From a virus, in IMG/VR virus record IMGVR_UViG_3300030329_000083, positions 1 through 64,000 of that record: a stretch of 64,000 nt of DNA; one strand, 5' to 3'. Of this stretch, positions 48,401 to 58,600 are shown piece by piece. Numbering within the stretch: position 1 is the stretch's first letter; each line of letters opens with the position of its first letter. A program made the position numbers and the translations under genes. The notes beneath the pieces were generated by a model that was not told where the DNA came from, made no database searches, and saw nothing but the letters and a program-made list of their open reading frames with translations.

Positions 48401-48616
48401 ATGTCACAAGATAACGTAATTAACATAAATAAAAAAGACTACAAGGTAGATGACCTAGATAATAAGTCTAAATACATTGTAGCACAAATAAGAGACTTAG
48501 AAGGTAAAGTAGCGTCTGCTAAGTTTCAGTTAGATCAACACGAGATAGCTAAGCAGCAATTTGTAAACATGCTTATTAATGCCGTTGAAGGAAAGCCTAA
48601 CGGTAAGGATAGCTAG
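48401..48616 (+). CDS. Small coiled-coil protein (DUF6447-like)
   Basis: ININKKDYKVDDL..K....QI..L pattern. Confidence 0.5.
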   Translation: MSQDNVININKKDYKVDDLDNKSKYIVAQIRDLEGKVASAKFQLDQHEIAKQQFVNMLINAVEGKPNGKDS

Positions 48617-48617
48617 T

Positions 48618-48986
48618 ATGTTTAATATTGCAGGTACGCTATTATCTTCAGTTGGCAGTTTAGCCTCTACTTATCTAGATGGTAAGGTTGCAGCCAATAA
48701 AGCTGAAGCACAAATTCGCCTTAAAGAAGCAACAGGCGATATAGATTGGGATCTAGCTGCTATTAGGGCATCACAAGGTTCGTGGAAAGACGAATGGATT
48801 ACTATATTATTTTCTATTCCTCTAGTACTGTCCTTCTGTGGTGATTGGGGTAGGGAGATAGTAGCAAACGGCTTTACTGCTCTTGCAGGGATGCCTGATT
48901 GGTATCAATATAGCCTTGGTGCTGTCGTAGCTGCGTCACTAGGAACAAAGGGAGTAGCTAAGTTCTTTGGTCCTAAGAAGAAGTAG
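48618..48986 (+). CDS. Holin-like membrane protein
   Basis: SWKDEW, MPDWYQY, hydrophobic helices; upstream of endolysin. Confidence 0.6.
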   Translation: MFNIAGTLLSSVGSLASTYLDGKVAANKAEAQIRLKEATGDIDWDLAAIRASQGSWKDEWITILFSIPLVLSFCGDWGREIVANGFTALAGMPDWYQYSLGAVVAASLGTKGVAKFFGPKKK

Positions 48987-48988
48987 CA

Positions 48989-49228
48989 GTGAAAGTATTT
49001 CTATATGTAGTGTTCTTAGTAAACGAACATTGGTGGATTGATCCTAACTTTCCTCCTGTAATTATGAATGATGCACAACAATGTAGAGCAATGGAAAACT
49101 ACTTTGATATTAATCTAGGTCTAATACAAGACAACGAACACAAAATAGGATGTATTAAAACAGATGACATATGGGGATTTCTTGTTGAAACATACGGATC
49201 AAGACCCTATAAAGATAGTAAAGTTTAA
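48989..49228 (+). CDS. Hypothetical protein
   Basis: 79 aa, GTG start. Confidence 0.45.
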   Translation: MKVFLYVVFLVNEHWWIDPNFPPVIMNDAQQCRAMENYFDINLGLIQDNEHKIGCIKTDDIWGFLVETYGSRPYKDSKV

Positions 49229-49293
49229 TCCTCAGTACTTAGGCGAAAGACGGATGCCTATAGAAAGACTTAAAAACAAAAGGAAATACATAA

Positions 49294-49746
49294 ATGGCTT
49301 ATACACTGTCGAGCAGATCTCTAGACAAACTAGAAGGAGTAAATGAAGATTTAGTTAAAGTTGTCAAGAGGGCGATTGAACTAACTAAGATTGACTTTGG
49401 TGTTATCTACGGAATGAGAACTAAAGAAGAACAACAGAAGTTATTTGATTCTGGTAAATCTCAAACTATGAAGTCTAAGCATTTAACAGGTGATGCAGTA
49501 GACCTGATGGCTTATGTAGACGGCAAAGCATCATGGGAACTCAACCTGTATGATGACCTAGCTGACGCTATGAAGTGGGCAGCTACTGAGTCTGGAACTA
49601 AGATTAGGTGGGGAGCAGCTTGGCACATACCAGACATATCAACTTGGGATGGCACAATGGAGGAAGCCATGATGGCTTACATTGATCTACGCAGATCAGA
49701 AGGCAGAAGACCCTTTATAGATGGTCCACATTTTGAACTTAATTAA
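49294..49746 (+). CDS. Endolysin, M15 (L-Ala-D-Glu) peptidase
   Basis: LSSRSLDKLEGV, GMRT.EEQ, SKHLTGDAVD, IRWG, DGPHFEL. Confidence 0.9.
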   Translation: MAYTLSSRSLDKLEGVNEDLVKVVKRAIELTKIDFGVIYGMRTKEEQQKLFDSGKSQTMKSKHLTGDAVDLMAYVDGKASWELNLYDDLADAMKWAATESGTKIRWGAAWHIPDISTWDGTMEEAMMAYIDLRRSEGRRPFIDGPHFELN

Positions 49747-50060
49747 TGGACATCAAAGTATCCATAGGTCTTGCCGTAACTCTGGCAATGCAAATCTCTG
49801 CTGCAGTTTGGTATGTAGCTCAAACAGATGCTACCATTAAAGACTTGTCAGCTACCGTTGCTGAACTAAGTTCTGCTAACTTAAAGAGAGATGTTGATGT
49901 TAACGCTAGTAACATTTCAAATATTGACGGAGATGTTAAATCTTTAGGTAATCACTTAGCTAGAGGTATAGGTGATAGTAATGATATACTCAGACGTATT
50001 TCTATTTTAGAAACGGATGTGTTGTATATGCAAAGAGAAATATATAGGAATGATAGATAA
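49746..50060 (+). CDS. TM + coiled-coil protein
   Basis: N-terminal TM helix; follows endolysin. Confidence 0.5.
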   Translation: MDIKVSIGLAVTLAMQISAAVWYVAQTDATIKDLSATVAELSSANLKRDVDVNASNISNIDGDVKSLGNHLARGIGDSNDILRRISILETDVLYMQREIYRNDR

Positions 50061-50281
50061 TGGCTAAAGGTAAAAAAAGTGCATTAGCTCTGGCTAAAGA
50101 AAAGAAAGAGTTTGAAGATATTAAGAAGTTAGTAGCTTCTTACGCTAACACAGGCAACAAAACTATAACACCTACATATGATGAATTACCTAAAAACAGT
50201 TCATGGTTAAATAAACTAGGTAACACATTTAAAGGTACTAACAAAAACAAAATACAAATTAACTACGAGGTAGATTTTTAA
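50060..50281 (+). CDS. Hypothetical protein
   Basis: 73 aa, TAATG coupling. Confidence 0.5.
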   Translation: MAKGKKSALALAKEKKEFEDIKKLVASYANTGNKTITPTYDELPKNSSWLNKLGNTFKGTNKNKIQINYEVDF

Positions 50282-50503
50282 ATGCCTAGAAACTACAAAA
50301 AAGAGTATCTAAGGTACGATGGAACACCTAAAGTTAAAAAGAAAAGAGCAGAACGCAATAAAGCAAGAAGAAAAATGGTAAGAGCAGGTCTGGCTCGTAA
50401 AGGTGATGGAAAAGACGTAGACCATAAAGATAAAAACACCTCTAATAACAGCAGAAGTAATCTTAGGGTAATATCTGCAAGTAAAAATAGATCAAGGAGA
50501 TAA
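50282..50503 (+). CDS. Small HNH-like basic protein
   Basis: RNYKKEY..KGDGKDVDHKD...NN..SNLR....NR. Confidence 0.7.
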   Translation: MPRNYKKEYLRYDGTPKVKKKRAERNKARRKMVRAGLARKGDGKDVDHKDKNTSNNSRSNLRVISASKNRSRR

Positions 50504-50506
50504 ACT

Positions 50507-50743
50507 ATGCCAATGGGAAAAGGTACGTATGGAAGTAAAGTAGGAAGACCGCCTAAAAAAGGTAAAGCTAAAAAAGGTAAAGAAGAAGAGCTACTAGACA
50601 AAAAAGGCATGAAGGGTAAGAAAAAGCCTTCTGCTGCTGTTATAATAGCTATGAATAAAGGTGGACAGATGGGTAAACAAGCTGTTCGTCAAAAAATGGG
50701 CTTTATGAACAAAGGCGGCAAAGTAGGAAAAAGTAAAAAATAA
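50507..50743 (+). CDS. Small basic protein
   Basis: MPMGKGTYGSKVGRPPKK; two MNKGG motifs. Confidence 0.6.
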   Translation: MPMGKGTYGSKVGRPPKKGKAKKGKEEELLDKKGMKGKKKPSAAVIIAMNKGGQMGKQAVRQKMGFMNKGGKVGKSKK

Positions 50744-51025
50744 TGTTTTTAAAAAAGGGGATTACTAAAATGAAAAGATACTTAAAACGTATATACTGCG
50801 CAATACTTAATCGTAAGTGTTGTGAAAAATGCAACTGTAATGAGTAGAAGGACAGCACCACTTAGTTTAACACTGTGGAACGCAATGTCTGTGAAGTGTG
50901 TAGACACACTATGTCTGTCGTTGATGGTAGACTAGAGTGTTCTTACTGTTTAGTATTCTATAATTTTGAAAATTCAAAAGCGTGGTTAGAACACCTTTAC
51001 GATAAAAAACACGAAAAGGATAAAC

Positions 51026-51391
51026 GTGAAACAACTAACAGAAAAACAACAAACCTTTTTAAAAGTCTTATTTGATGAGGCAGGTGGTGATGTATTGTTA
51101 GCTAAAAGACTAGCAGGTTATTCAGATGCAACAGCTACAAACGAAATAGTTAAATCTCTCAGAGAAGAAATTGAAGACGCTACAAAACAATATATGGCTA
51201 GGATTGCTCCTCGTGCTGCTTTTGCTATGGGTAACGCTTTAGTTGATCCTACTGAGTTAGGTATAAGAGATAAAATGACTGCAGCTAAAGACTTACTCGA
51301 CAGGGCAGGTTTTATTAAAACTGAAAAAGTTAATGTAGAATCTACAGGAGGTATTTTTGTGTTACCTGCTAAAGAAGGAAAAAATGAGTAA
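51026..51391 (+). CDS. Putative terminase small subunit
   Basis: LTEKQQ.FL..A.RLAGYS HTH-like start, AAKDLLDRAG; shortly upstream of TerL. Confidence 0.5.
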   Translation: MKQLTEKQQTFLKVLFDEAGGDVLLAKRLAGYSDATATNEIVKSLREEIEDATKQYMARIAPRAAFAMGNALVDPTELGIRDKMTAAKDLLDRAGFIKTEKVNVESTGGIFVLPAKEGKNE

Positions 51392-51478
51392 GTGGAGTTG
51401 GAATAGAGAAAAAACTAAAACAGCACTAATAGCTTTGTTTGTTATTTGGTCAGCCTACTTTATAGTAGAGTATTTATA

Positions 51479-51889
51479 ATGAGAACAGAAGAAAGTTTAG
51501 GCTATTGGACTCTACCAAAGCCTGATATGAATGTCAAACTGTGGAGTAGAATACCTAGAGTAGCTAGAACTACACCGTTTGGTTATAAAGTTGATCCAGA
51601 AGATGATGGGTTTTTACTTCCTGTAGAAGAAGAACTAGAACTGTTAGAAAAAGCTAAGCAGCACTTAATACAGTATAGTTACAGGGAAGTAGCAAACTGG
51701 CTTAGTAAAGAGTCAGGAAGATACATATCTCACGTTGGATTAAAAAAGAGAATAGACATTGAGCGTAAACGTAAGAAAACAACTACAATTAAACGCAAAC
51801 TTGCCTCAAGGCTCAAAAAGACAATACAAGAGATCGAAAAGCTTGAACAAGAAGCAACAGGAAGTTACCTCTCCGAAACAAGAGCCTGA
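51479..51889 (+). CDS. Hypothetical HTH-like protein
   Basis: PFGY..SYREVANWL..GRYISHVGL; start at TAATG. Confidence 0.55.
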   Translation: MRTEESLGYWTLPKPDMNVKLWSRIPRVARTTPFGYKVDPEDDGFLLPVEEELELLEKAKQHLIQYSYREVANWLSKESGRYISHVGLKKRIDIERKRKKTTTIKRKLASRLKKTIQEIEKLEQEATGSYLSETRA

Positions 51890-53336
51890 AGTTTCTACTG
51901 TTCCTGCTACAGTAATTGCTGAACCGTTTGAAGTACAACAAGCTCAAGACGTTGTATTTAAACCTAATGATGGACCTCAAACTAACTTCCTAGCCTCATC
52001 TGAAAGGGAAGTGCTATATGGAGGTGCAGCAGGGGGTGGCAAAAGTTTTGCAATGTTAGCTGACCCCCTGCGAGGCTTAAATGACCCAAACTTTAGTGGG
52101 TTGCTTGTACGACACACAACAGAAGAACTAAGAGAACTAATACAGAAGTCTCAGGAGTTGTACCCTAAAGCAATACCTAACATAAAGTGGTCAGAACGTA
52201 AATCGCAGTGGACTTCACCTAGAGGTGGCAGACTTTGGATGTCCTACCTAGACCGTGACTTAGACGTAATGCGGTATCAAGGACAAGCGTTTAACTGGAT
52301 AGGGTTTGATGAATTAACGCAGTGGGCAACACCGTTTGCTTGGGATTATATGCGATCTCGTCTTAGAAGTGTAGACCCTGCTCTAGGCTTGTATATGAGA
52401 GGTACTACAAATCCTGGAGGAGCAGGACATCAGTGGGTAAAGAAAACATTCATAGACCCTGCACCACCGAATAAGTCTTTTTGGGCAACAAATATAGAAA
52501 CAGGAGAAGTAATAACTTTTCCTAAAGGTCACAGCAAAGAAGGACAACCATTATTTAAACGAAGGTTTATTCCTGCAAGTTTATTTGATAATCCTTACTT
52601 AGCTGAAACAGGTGACTACGAAGCGATGCTTTTATCTTTGCCTGAACAGCAAAGAAAGCAACTACTTGAAGGTGATTGGGATGTAGCAGAAGGTGCTGCA
52701 TTTCCAGAGTTTAACAGAAAGATACATACTGTTGAACCTTATAAGATACCTAGTAGTTGGACTAAGTTCAGAGCTTGTGACTACGGATATGGAAGCTATT
52801 CAGCAGTTGTTTGGTTTGCCGTTACTCCATCAGAGCAACTTGTAGTATACAGGGAGCTTCACGTTTCTAAAGTATTAGCAGTAGATTTGGCTGATATGAT
52901 CTTGGAGGCAGAAAAAGATGATGGAGGTATTCGGTATGGTGTGTTGGACAGTAGCCTTTGGCACAAACGTGGGGATACTGGTCCATCTCTGGCAGAACAG
53001 ATGGTACAACGAGGTTGCAGATTTAGACCGTCAGATAGAAGCAAAGGCTCTAGAGTCGCAGGAAAGAACGAAGTCCATAGACGATTACAAGTAGATGAGT
53101 TTACAGAAGAACCAAGATTGGTATTTTTTAATAACTGTACTGAGTGCATTAGTCAAATACCTACTCTACCTCTTGACAAGAAGAACCCTGAAGACGTTGA
53201 CACTAATGCTTTAGATCACATGTATGACGCTTTAAGATATGGAATAATGACACGACCTAGAAGTTCTATATGGGATTACAACCCTGCAACACAAAAGTCA
53301 GGCTTTCAAGTCGCTGACCCTAAATTTGGATATTAA
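51759..53336 (+). CDS. terL: Terminase large subunit (start uncertain)
   Basis: Walker A YGGAAGGGKS, Walker B IGFDE, TTNPGG, nuclease ACDYG and DHMYDALRY. Confidence 0.95.
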   Translation: MSVNVRKQLQLNANLPQGSKRQYKRSKSLNKKQQEVTSPKQEPEVSTVPATVIAEPFEVQQAQDVVFKPNDGPQTNFLASSEREVLYGGAAGGGKSFAMLADPLRGLNDPNFSGLLVRHTTEELRELIQKSQELYPKAIPNIKWSERKSQWTSPRGGRLWMSYLDRDLDVMRYQGQAFNWIGFDELTQWATPFAWDYMRSRLRSVDPALGLYMRGTTNPGGAGHQWVKKTFIDPAPPNKSFWATNIETGEVITFPKGHSKEGQPLFKRRFIPASLFDNPYLAETGDYEAMLLSLPEQQRKQLLEGDWDVAEGAAFPEFNRKIHTVEPYKIPSSWTKFRACDYGYGSYSAVVWFAVTPSEQLVVYRELHVSKVLAVDLADMILEAEKDDGGIRYGVLDSSLWHKRGDTGPSLAEQMVQRGCRFRPSDRSKGSRVAGKNEVHRRLQVDEFTEEPRLVFFNNCTECISQIPTLPLDKKNPEDVDTNALDHMYDALRYGIMTRPRSSIWDYNPATQKSGFQVADPKFGY

Positions 53337-53338
53337 AT

Positions 53339-55453
53339 ATGGCAACAGAAGAAGAACTAAACTTTGATACAGATGAAGTGTCTGTTATAGAGGATGGAGA
53401 TAAAGCATTACGTGATCCTTCCTCTATAGAAGCTTTTATAATGGAAAGGTTTACCAGAGCAGAAGATGCTAGAAAAACAGATGAAGATCGTTGGACTAAA
53501 GCTTATAGAAACTATAGAGGTTTATATGGATCAGATGTTCAGTTTACGGAAGCAGAAAAGTCTAGGGTATTTATAAAAGTAACTAAAACTAAAACTCTTG
53601 CAGCATATGGTCAGATAATTGATGTGCTTTTTGGTAATAATACGTTTCCACTATCTGTAAATCCTACAAGACTACCAGACGGTGTAGCAGAAGCAGTACA
53701 CATTAACACTGATCCTAATGCAGATCAAGCAACAGAACAGTTAAAAGCTGTTTCTGAAGATAAGCCTTCTCAACCCTATCTTTTTGGTCCTGACACAGAG
53801 TTAAAAAAGGGTGAAACTATAATAGATCTGCAAGAAAGGCTTGGTTCGTTAAAAAATAAACTAGAGCCTGTCTCAGATAAAATTATAGAAGGGGAAGGCA
53901 CAACAGGTACGACTGTTACTTTTCACCCTGCGTTAATTGCAGCTAAAAAAATGCAAAAGAAGATACACGATCAGTTGGAAGAGTCTGGTGCTAATAAGCA
54001 TTTAAGAAACACAGCTTTTGAAATGTCTCTATTTGGTACAGGGGTTATGAAAGGTCCATTTGCTATGGACAAAGAATATCCTAATTGGAGTGAAGAAGGT
54101 GAATATGATCCCTTAATTAAAACTGTACCGTGTACCAATCATGTATCTATATGGGATTTTTATCCTGACCCTGATGCTAAAAACATGGATGAGGCTGAGT
54201 ATGTAGTGGAAAGACACAAGATGTCTAAAATGCAACTCAGGGCATTAAAGATGCGTCCATACTTTAGAACAGAATCTATAGACAATGCTATTGAACTGGG
54301 AGCATCTTACACTAGAAAGCACTGGGAAGATGATATGACTGACTACGTTACATCACAAGCAGTAGAAAGATATGAAGTACTAGAATTTTGGGGATACGTT
54401 GATGCTGAAAAACTACAACTAAGCGGTCTTGATATTCCTAAAGAATTAAAAGATATGGAGCAACTAAATGTCAATATATGGATATGTAACGGAGAGATAT
54501 TACGCTTGGTTCTTAATCCATTTAAACCAGTACGGATACCCTACTATGCCGTACCTTATGAACTTAATCCCTATAGTTTCTTTGGTATAGGCATAGCTGA
54601 AAACATGGATGATACGCAAACCTTAATGAATGGGTTTATGCGTATGGCTATTGACAATGCAGCTTTGAGTGGTAACCTTATTATTGAAGTAGATGAAACT
54701 AACCTAGTTCCAGGACAAGATCTATCAGTATATCCAGGAAAAGTGTTTAGAAGACAAGGTGGCGCTCCAGGACAGGCTATATTTGGAACAAAGTTTCCGA
54801 ATGTTGCAGGAGAAAACATACAACTGTTTGACAAAGCAAGAACATTAGCAGACGAGAGTACAGGCTTTCCTAGTTTTGCACACGGACAAACAGGTGTACA
54901 AGGTGTAGGTAGAACTGCATCAGGTATATCTATGCTTATGTCAGCAGCAAATGGGTCTATCAGAAATGTTGTAAAGAATGTAGATGACTATTTGCTTGGT
55001 CCTCTAGGTAAAGCTTTCTTTAGTTTTAATATGCAGTTTGACTTTGACACTGAAATAAAAGGTGATCTAGAAGTTAAAGCTCAAGGCACAGAAAGCTTAA
55101 TGGCTAATGAAGTACGTAGTCAAAGGCTCATGCAATTCTTACAAACAGCATCTAACCCTGCTCTTGCTCCTTTTGCTAAGATGGATTACATTATAAGAGA
55201 GATAGCTAAGAGTATGGACTTAGACCCTGATAAAGTAACCAATAGCTTACAAGATGCAACAATACAAGCTGAAATACTTAAAGGTTTTCAAGCTCCTGCT
55301 CCTGCTGCACCTCCTGCTGCTGCTCCAACTGAAGCTCCACCTGCTCCTGCAGGAGGCGGTGTACAAGACACTACTGGTGCAGGGGGAGGAACGATAGGTA
55401 CAGGTGTTGCACCGTTACCGCAAGAAGAAGGCTTTACAGGTAATGTCCAATAA
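53339..55453 (+). CDS. Portal protein, copy B (full length)
   Basis: 704 aa directly after TerL; collinear with 1-1584. Confidence 0.85.
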   Translation: MATEEELNFDTDEVSVIEDGDKALRDPSSIEAFIMERFTRAEDARKTDEDRWTKAYRNYRGLYGSDVQFTEAEKSRVFIKVTKTKTLAAYGQIIDVLFGNNTFPLSVNPTRLPDGVAEAVHINTDPNADQATEQLKAVSEDKPSQPYLFGPDTELKKGETIIDLQERLGSLKNKLEPVSDKIIEGEGTTGTTVTFHPALIAAKKMQKKIHDQLEESGANKHLRNTAFEMSLFGTGVMKGPFAMDKEYPNWSEEGEYDPLIKTVPCTNHVSIWDFYPDPDAKNMDEAEYVVERHKMSKMQLRALKMRPYFRTESIDNAIELGASYTRKHWEDDMTDYVTSQAVERYEVLEFWGYVDAEKLQLSGLDIPKELKDMEQLNVNIWICNGEILRLVLNPFKPVRIPYYAVPYELNPYSFFGIGIAENMDDTQTLMNGFMRMAIDNAALSGNLIIEVDETNLVPGQDLSVYPGKVFRRQGGAPGQAIFGTKFPNVAGENIQLFDKARTLADESTGFPSFAHGQTGVQGVGRTASGISMLMSAANGSIRNVVKNVDDYLLGPLGKAFFSFNMQFDFDTEIKGDLEVKAQGTESLMANEVRSQRLMQFLQTASNPALAPFAKMDYIIREIAKSMDLDPDKVTNSLQDATIQAEILKGFQAPAPAAPPAAAPTEAPPAPAGGGVQDTTGAGGGTIGTGVAPLPQEEGFTGNVQ

Positions 55454-55661
55454 CCTAAAGCCTTTAGTTAATAATAAAGAACTTTATGATTCTTTTAAAA
55501 ATGAAATAAACACACAAATACTAATGTATAGTAGGTCATTAGAACAGGCTAGTACATTAGTAGATGTACACAGGCTACAAGGTAGCATCAATGCGTTACG
55601 AAGATTACTACAACTGAAAGAACAAGTTAATGGCAGTGAACCCTCAAACACAACCAAATGA
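55443..55661 (+). CDS. Small conserved head-module protein, copy B
   Basis: MSNNLKPLVNN.. homolog of 1577-1774. Confidence 0.7.
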   Translation: MSNNLKPLVNNKELYDSFKNEINTQILMYSRSLEQASTLVDVHRLQGSINALRRLLQLKEQVNGSEPSNTTK

Positions 55662-58600
55662 CCTAAATACCCAAACTGAAGAGGCTATGGGATTAAGGGG
55701 TATGGCTGAAAAAACTATAGGTAAAAAAGCTACTGGTGTAGCTGACTTTGTACCTATTGTAGGGGATGTATTAGCAGCAGGTGATGTTGTTGAAAGTGCT
55801 AAAAAAGGTGACGTACTAGGAACAGCAGTTAATACTGCAGCAATGGCATTAGGTGTAGTTCCTGTAGTAGGAGACTTAGCAGGTAAAGGGCTAAAAGCAG
55901 GATTAAAAGCGGCTCGTACAGGTAAATCTCCTGTAAGAAAGCTTTTTGATAAGCTCCCAAAAAAAGAAAAAGATGAGCTTCCTGCACAACCAGACGAAGA
56001 CAGTTTATGGGGGTATCACGGTACAGCTAGAGAAAGAGGACCAGATGAACCTTTTTTTGATATTGGCTTTGCTAGGAAGCAGGATCAGTTTTTAGGTGAA
56101 GGTTACTATTTTACTATAGACCCTAAAGTAGCAGAAGAATATGCTAACATGAGAGCATTAGATCTTGGAGGATCAGCAAAAACAGCTAGAAATATAGAAG
56201 GTCAAGAAGCTATAAAGCTAATGAATGACCCTAAAGCTACTCATGTGGGATCAGCGTTTACTACAAATCCTAGTAAGGCAATGATAACCGTAGATAAAGC
56301 AGGTAACTATGTAACTCCAAGTAGTGTTATGGGAGGTACAGACATATATGGAAACCCTATATCTAAAGGTCAGAACATAGCTAGGTTTAATTTATCTAAT
56401 TTAGAAAAGCCTTTTTTGGTTAAGACAGCAGCAGATAGAAAAAGACTAAAAGAAAATTTTCAGGAAATAAAAGACGAAGGCTATGACTCTGTTTTGTTTG
56501 CTGACTTTAAAGACCGATCAAAACAAATTATGGTGTTTCCTGAACATATCGGAAAAGTTACAGGAGATATTGCTAAAGACGTTGGTGAAGTGGGTACACC
56601 CAAAGTACCAAGAGTAACTACACCTAAAATATCAAATATTGACTATCAAAAAAAGATGGCAGAGTTTGATAAGGTAGATAATGTTGACGATTGGCAAACA
56701 AATGTAGAAAAATACGTTGAGGAATCTAGGGATGTAAATCCTACTATACGTACCCCTGAATTAGAAAATTCTGCAAAAGATTTACTTGATGGTAAAATTA
56801 CTAGAGAACAACACTTAGATAATATTGATAAATATAAACCTGTTGATCCTTGGGATGCTCTACCAAGAGAGCCATCAAGTAAAGCTACAGTATTTTCTTT
56901 AAAATCAAACCAAATAGAAAAAGGTAAATTTATATTACCTAAGGAAGCTACTAAAAATCTAGGTGTTTCTAAGTCCTCTTTAAAAATAGGAGATAAATTT
57001 AACGGTAGACTAGACATACCTGCGTATAATAAATATGACACTTGGATTGTAGCAGGTACATCTACGGCTGAAAAGGGTGTAACGCACTATGCAAAAGCTA
57101 TACACTATAAAGGTGTAGGAGATAAGCCTGTAAGATTTGCTGCCTCTCAAGAAATGTCAAAAAGAATTGGAACAGGTGTAGAGGGTAAAACTGGGTATGC
57201 TACAGTATCTGGTGAAATAAAAAATCTCAATGTAGAAGAAATAAGAGAATTAGCAACTAAAGTTTTAAATGATCCTGAGTGGACACAAGTGGGATTTGAC
57301 CCTAGAAGACAGGGTGGTTTCTATGTGCGTAACCAAAAAAATAAACATGTACCTGTTCGTGAAGCGGATGAGGTTATACAAATAGGTCCACTAGTATTAG
57401 CTAAAAATGCTACACTGGATTTAACGCACAAAGGTTTTAACAAAGGTGGGATAGTACCAATGGAATTACAACAACAAACACAAATGGCTTTCATGCAAGA
57501 AGGAGGAGATGTTAATAGAACAGGTGCTATGTTTGTACCTGAGTCTCCTGAAGAAGAAAAAGAGAAGCCTAAACAATTAGGTACAGTTGAAGAACAAGCA
57601 GGTTTAGTTCAAACAGAAGAAGAAGATCCACAAATGGATGTAGCTTTTATGCAAGAGGGTGGTTTAACTGATGATGGAGCTACTATTGATCCTGTAAGTG
57701 GTAACGAAGTTCCTACAGGAAGCATGGATCAAGAAGTAAGAGATGACGTTCCTGCTATGTTAAGTGAAGGTGAATACGTTGTACCTGCTGACGTTGTAAG
57801 ATTTCACGGTGTAAAACTATTTGAAGACCTTAGAAAGGAAGCTAAAAGAGGCATGGCTAAAATGGAAAAGGATGGCAGGGTAGGTGGCGAACCTATGTCT
57901 GAAGAAGACTTTGAAGGAGAAGAACTACCTTTTGACGTATCAGAGTTACAAACTGTAGGCGCAGATCGTGTAAGAGGTATGGCTGAAGGTGGTGAAGTAG
58001 AAGGTGCTATAGGTCCAGAAATAGTTTCTACTGGTTCTCAAGTGTACGGTGAAGGAGCTAGGCTTAGACAAAATACAGGTTTTGAAATGAAGAAATACTA
58101 CGAGCCTTCTACAGGTAGAGTTATAGTTTTTCCTTTCTTTAATGGTAAACCTATGAGTGTTATTCCTGATGGTTTTGAGCCTTACTCTGGTCAAGATAAA
58201 AAACCTGCTCAACCACAACAAACAGGTGGAGGTAGGAGCGATCCTCCATATAAACCTTTTAAGCCTAATGAGCCTAGAAAGTTTGGCTTTGGTTCGTGGT
58301 CTGCTCAAGATTATGTAGATGCAACAGACAGTACTAAGAGTGGTCTAGGAAAAGTTGCTAGTGCGCTTATTCCTTTTATCGGTATGAGCCACGCTTCAGG
58401 TAGAAAATATATTGAAGATGTAATGGATATGGAAAAAAACCCTGCCCAACTTAACCCTGCAACAGGGCAAAAGATAACTGACTTAGACAGAATAGCTATG
58501 GTAAGGTATTATACTAATCCACCACCTCCAAGTGTAATGCAAAGACTAGTTAGGTTTGTAAGTGGAAAGCAAGACCTTACTGAAGATGATTCTTATGGTT

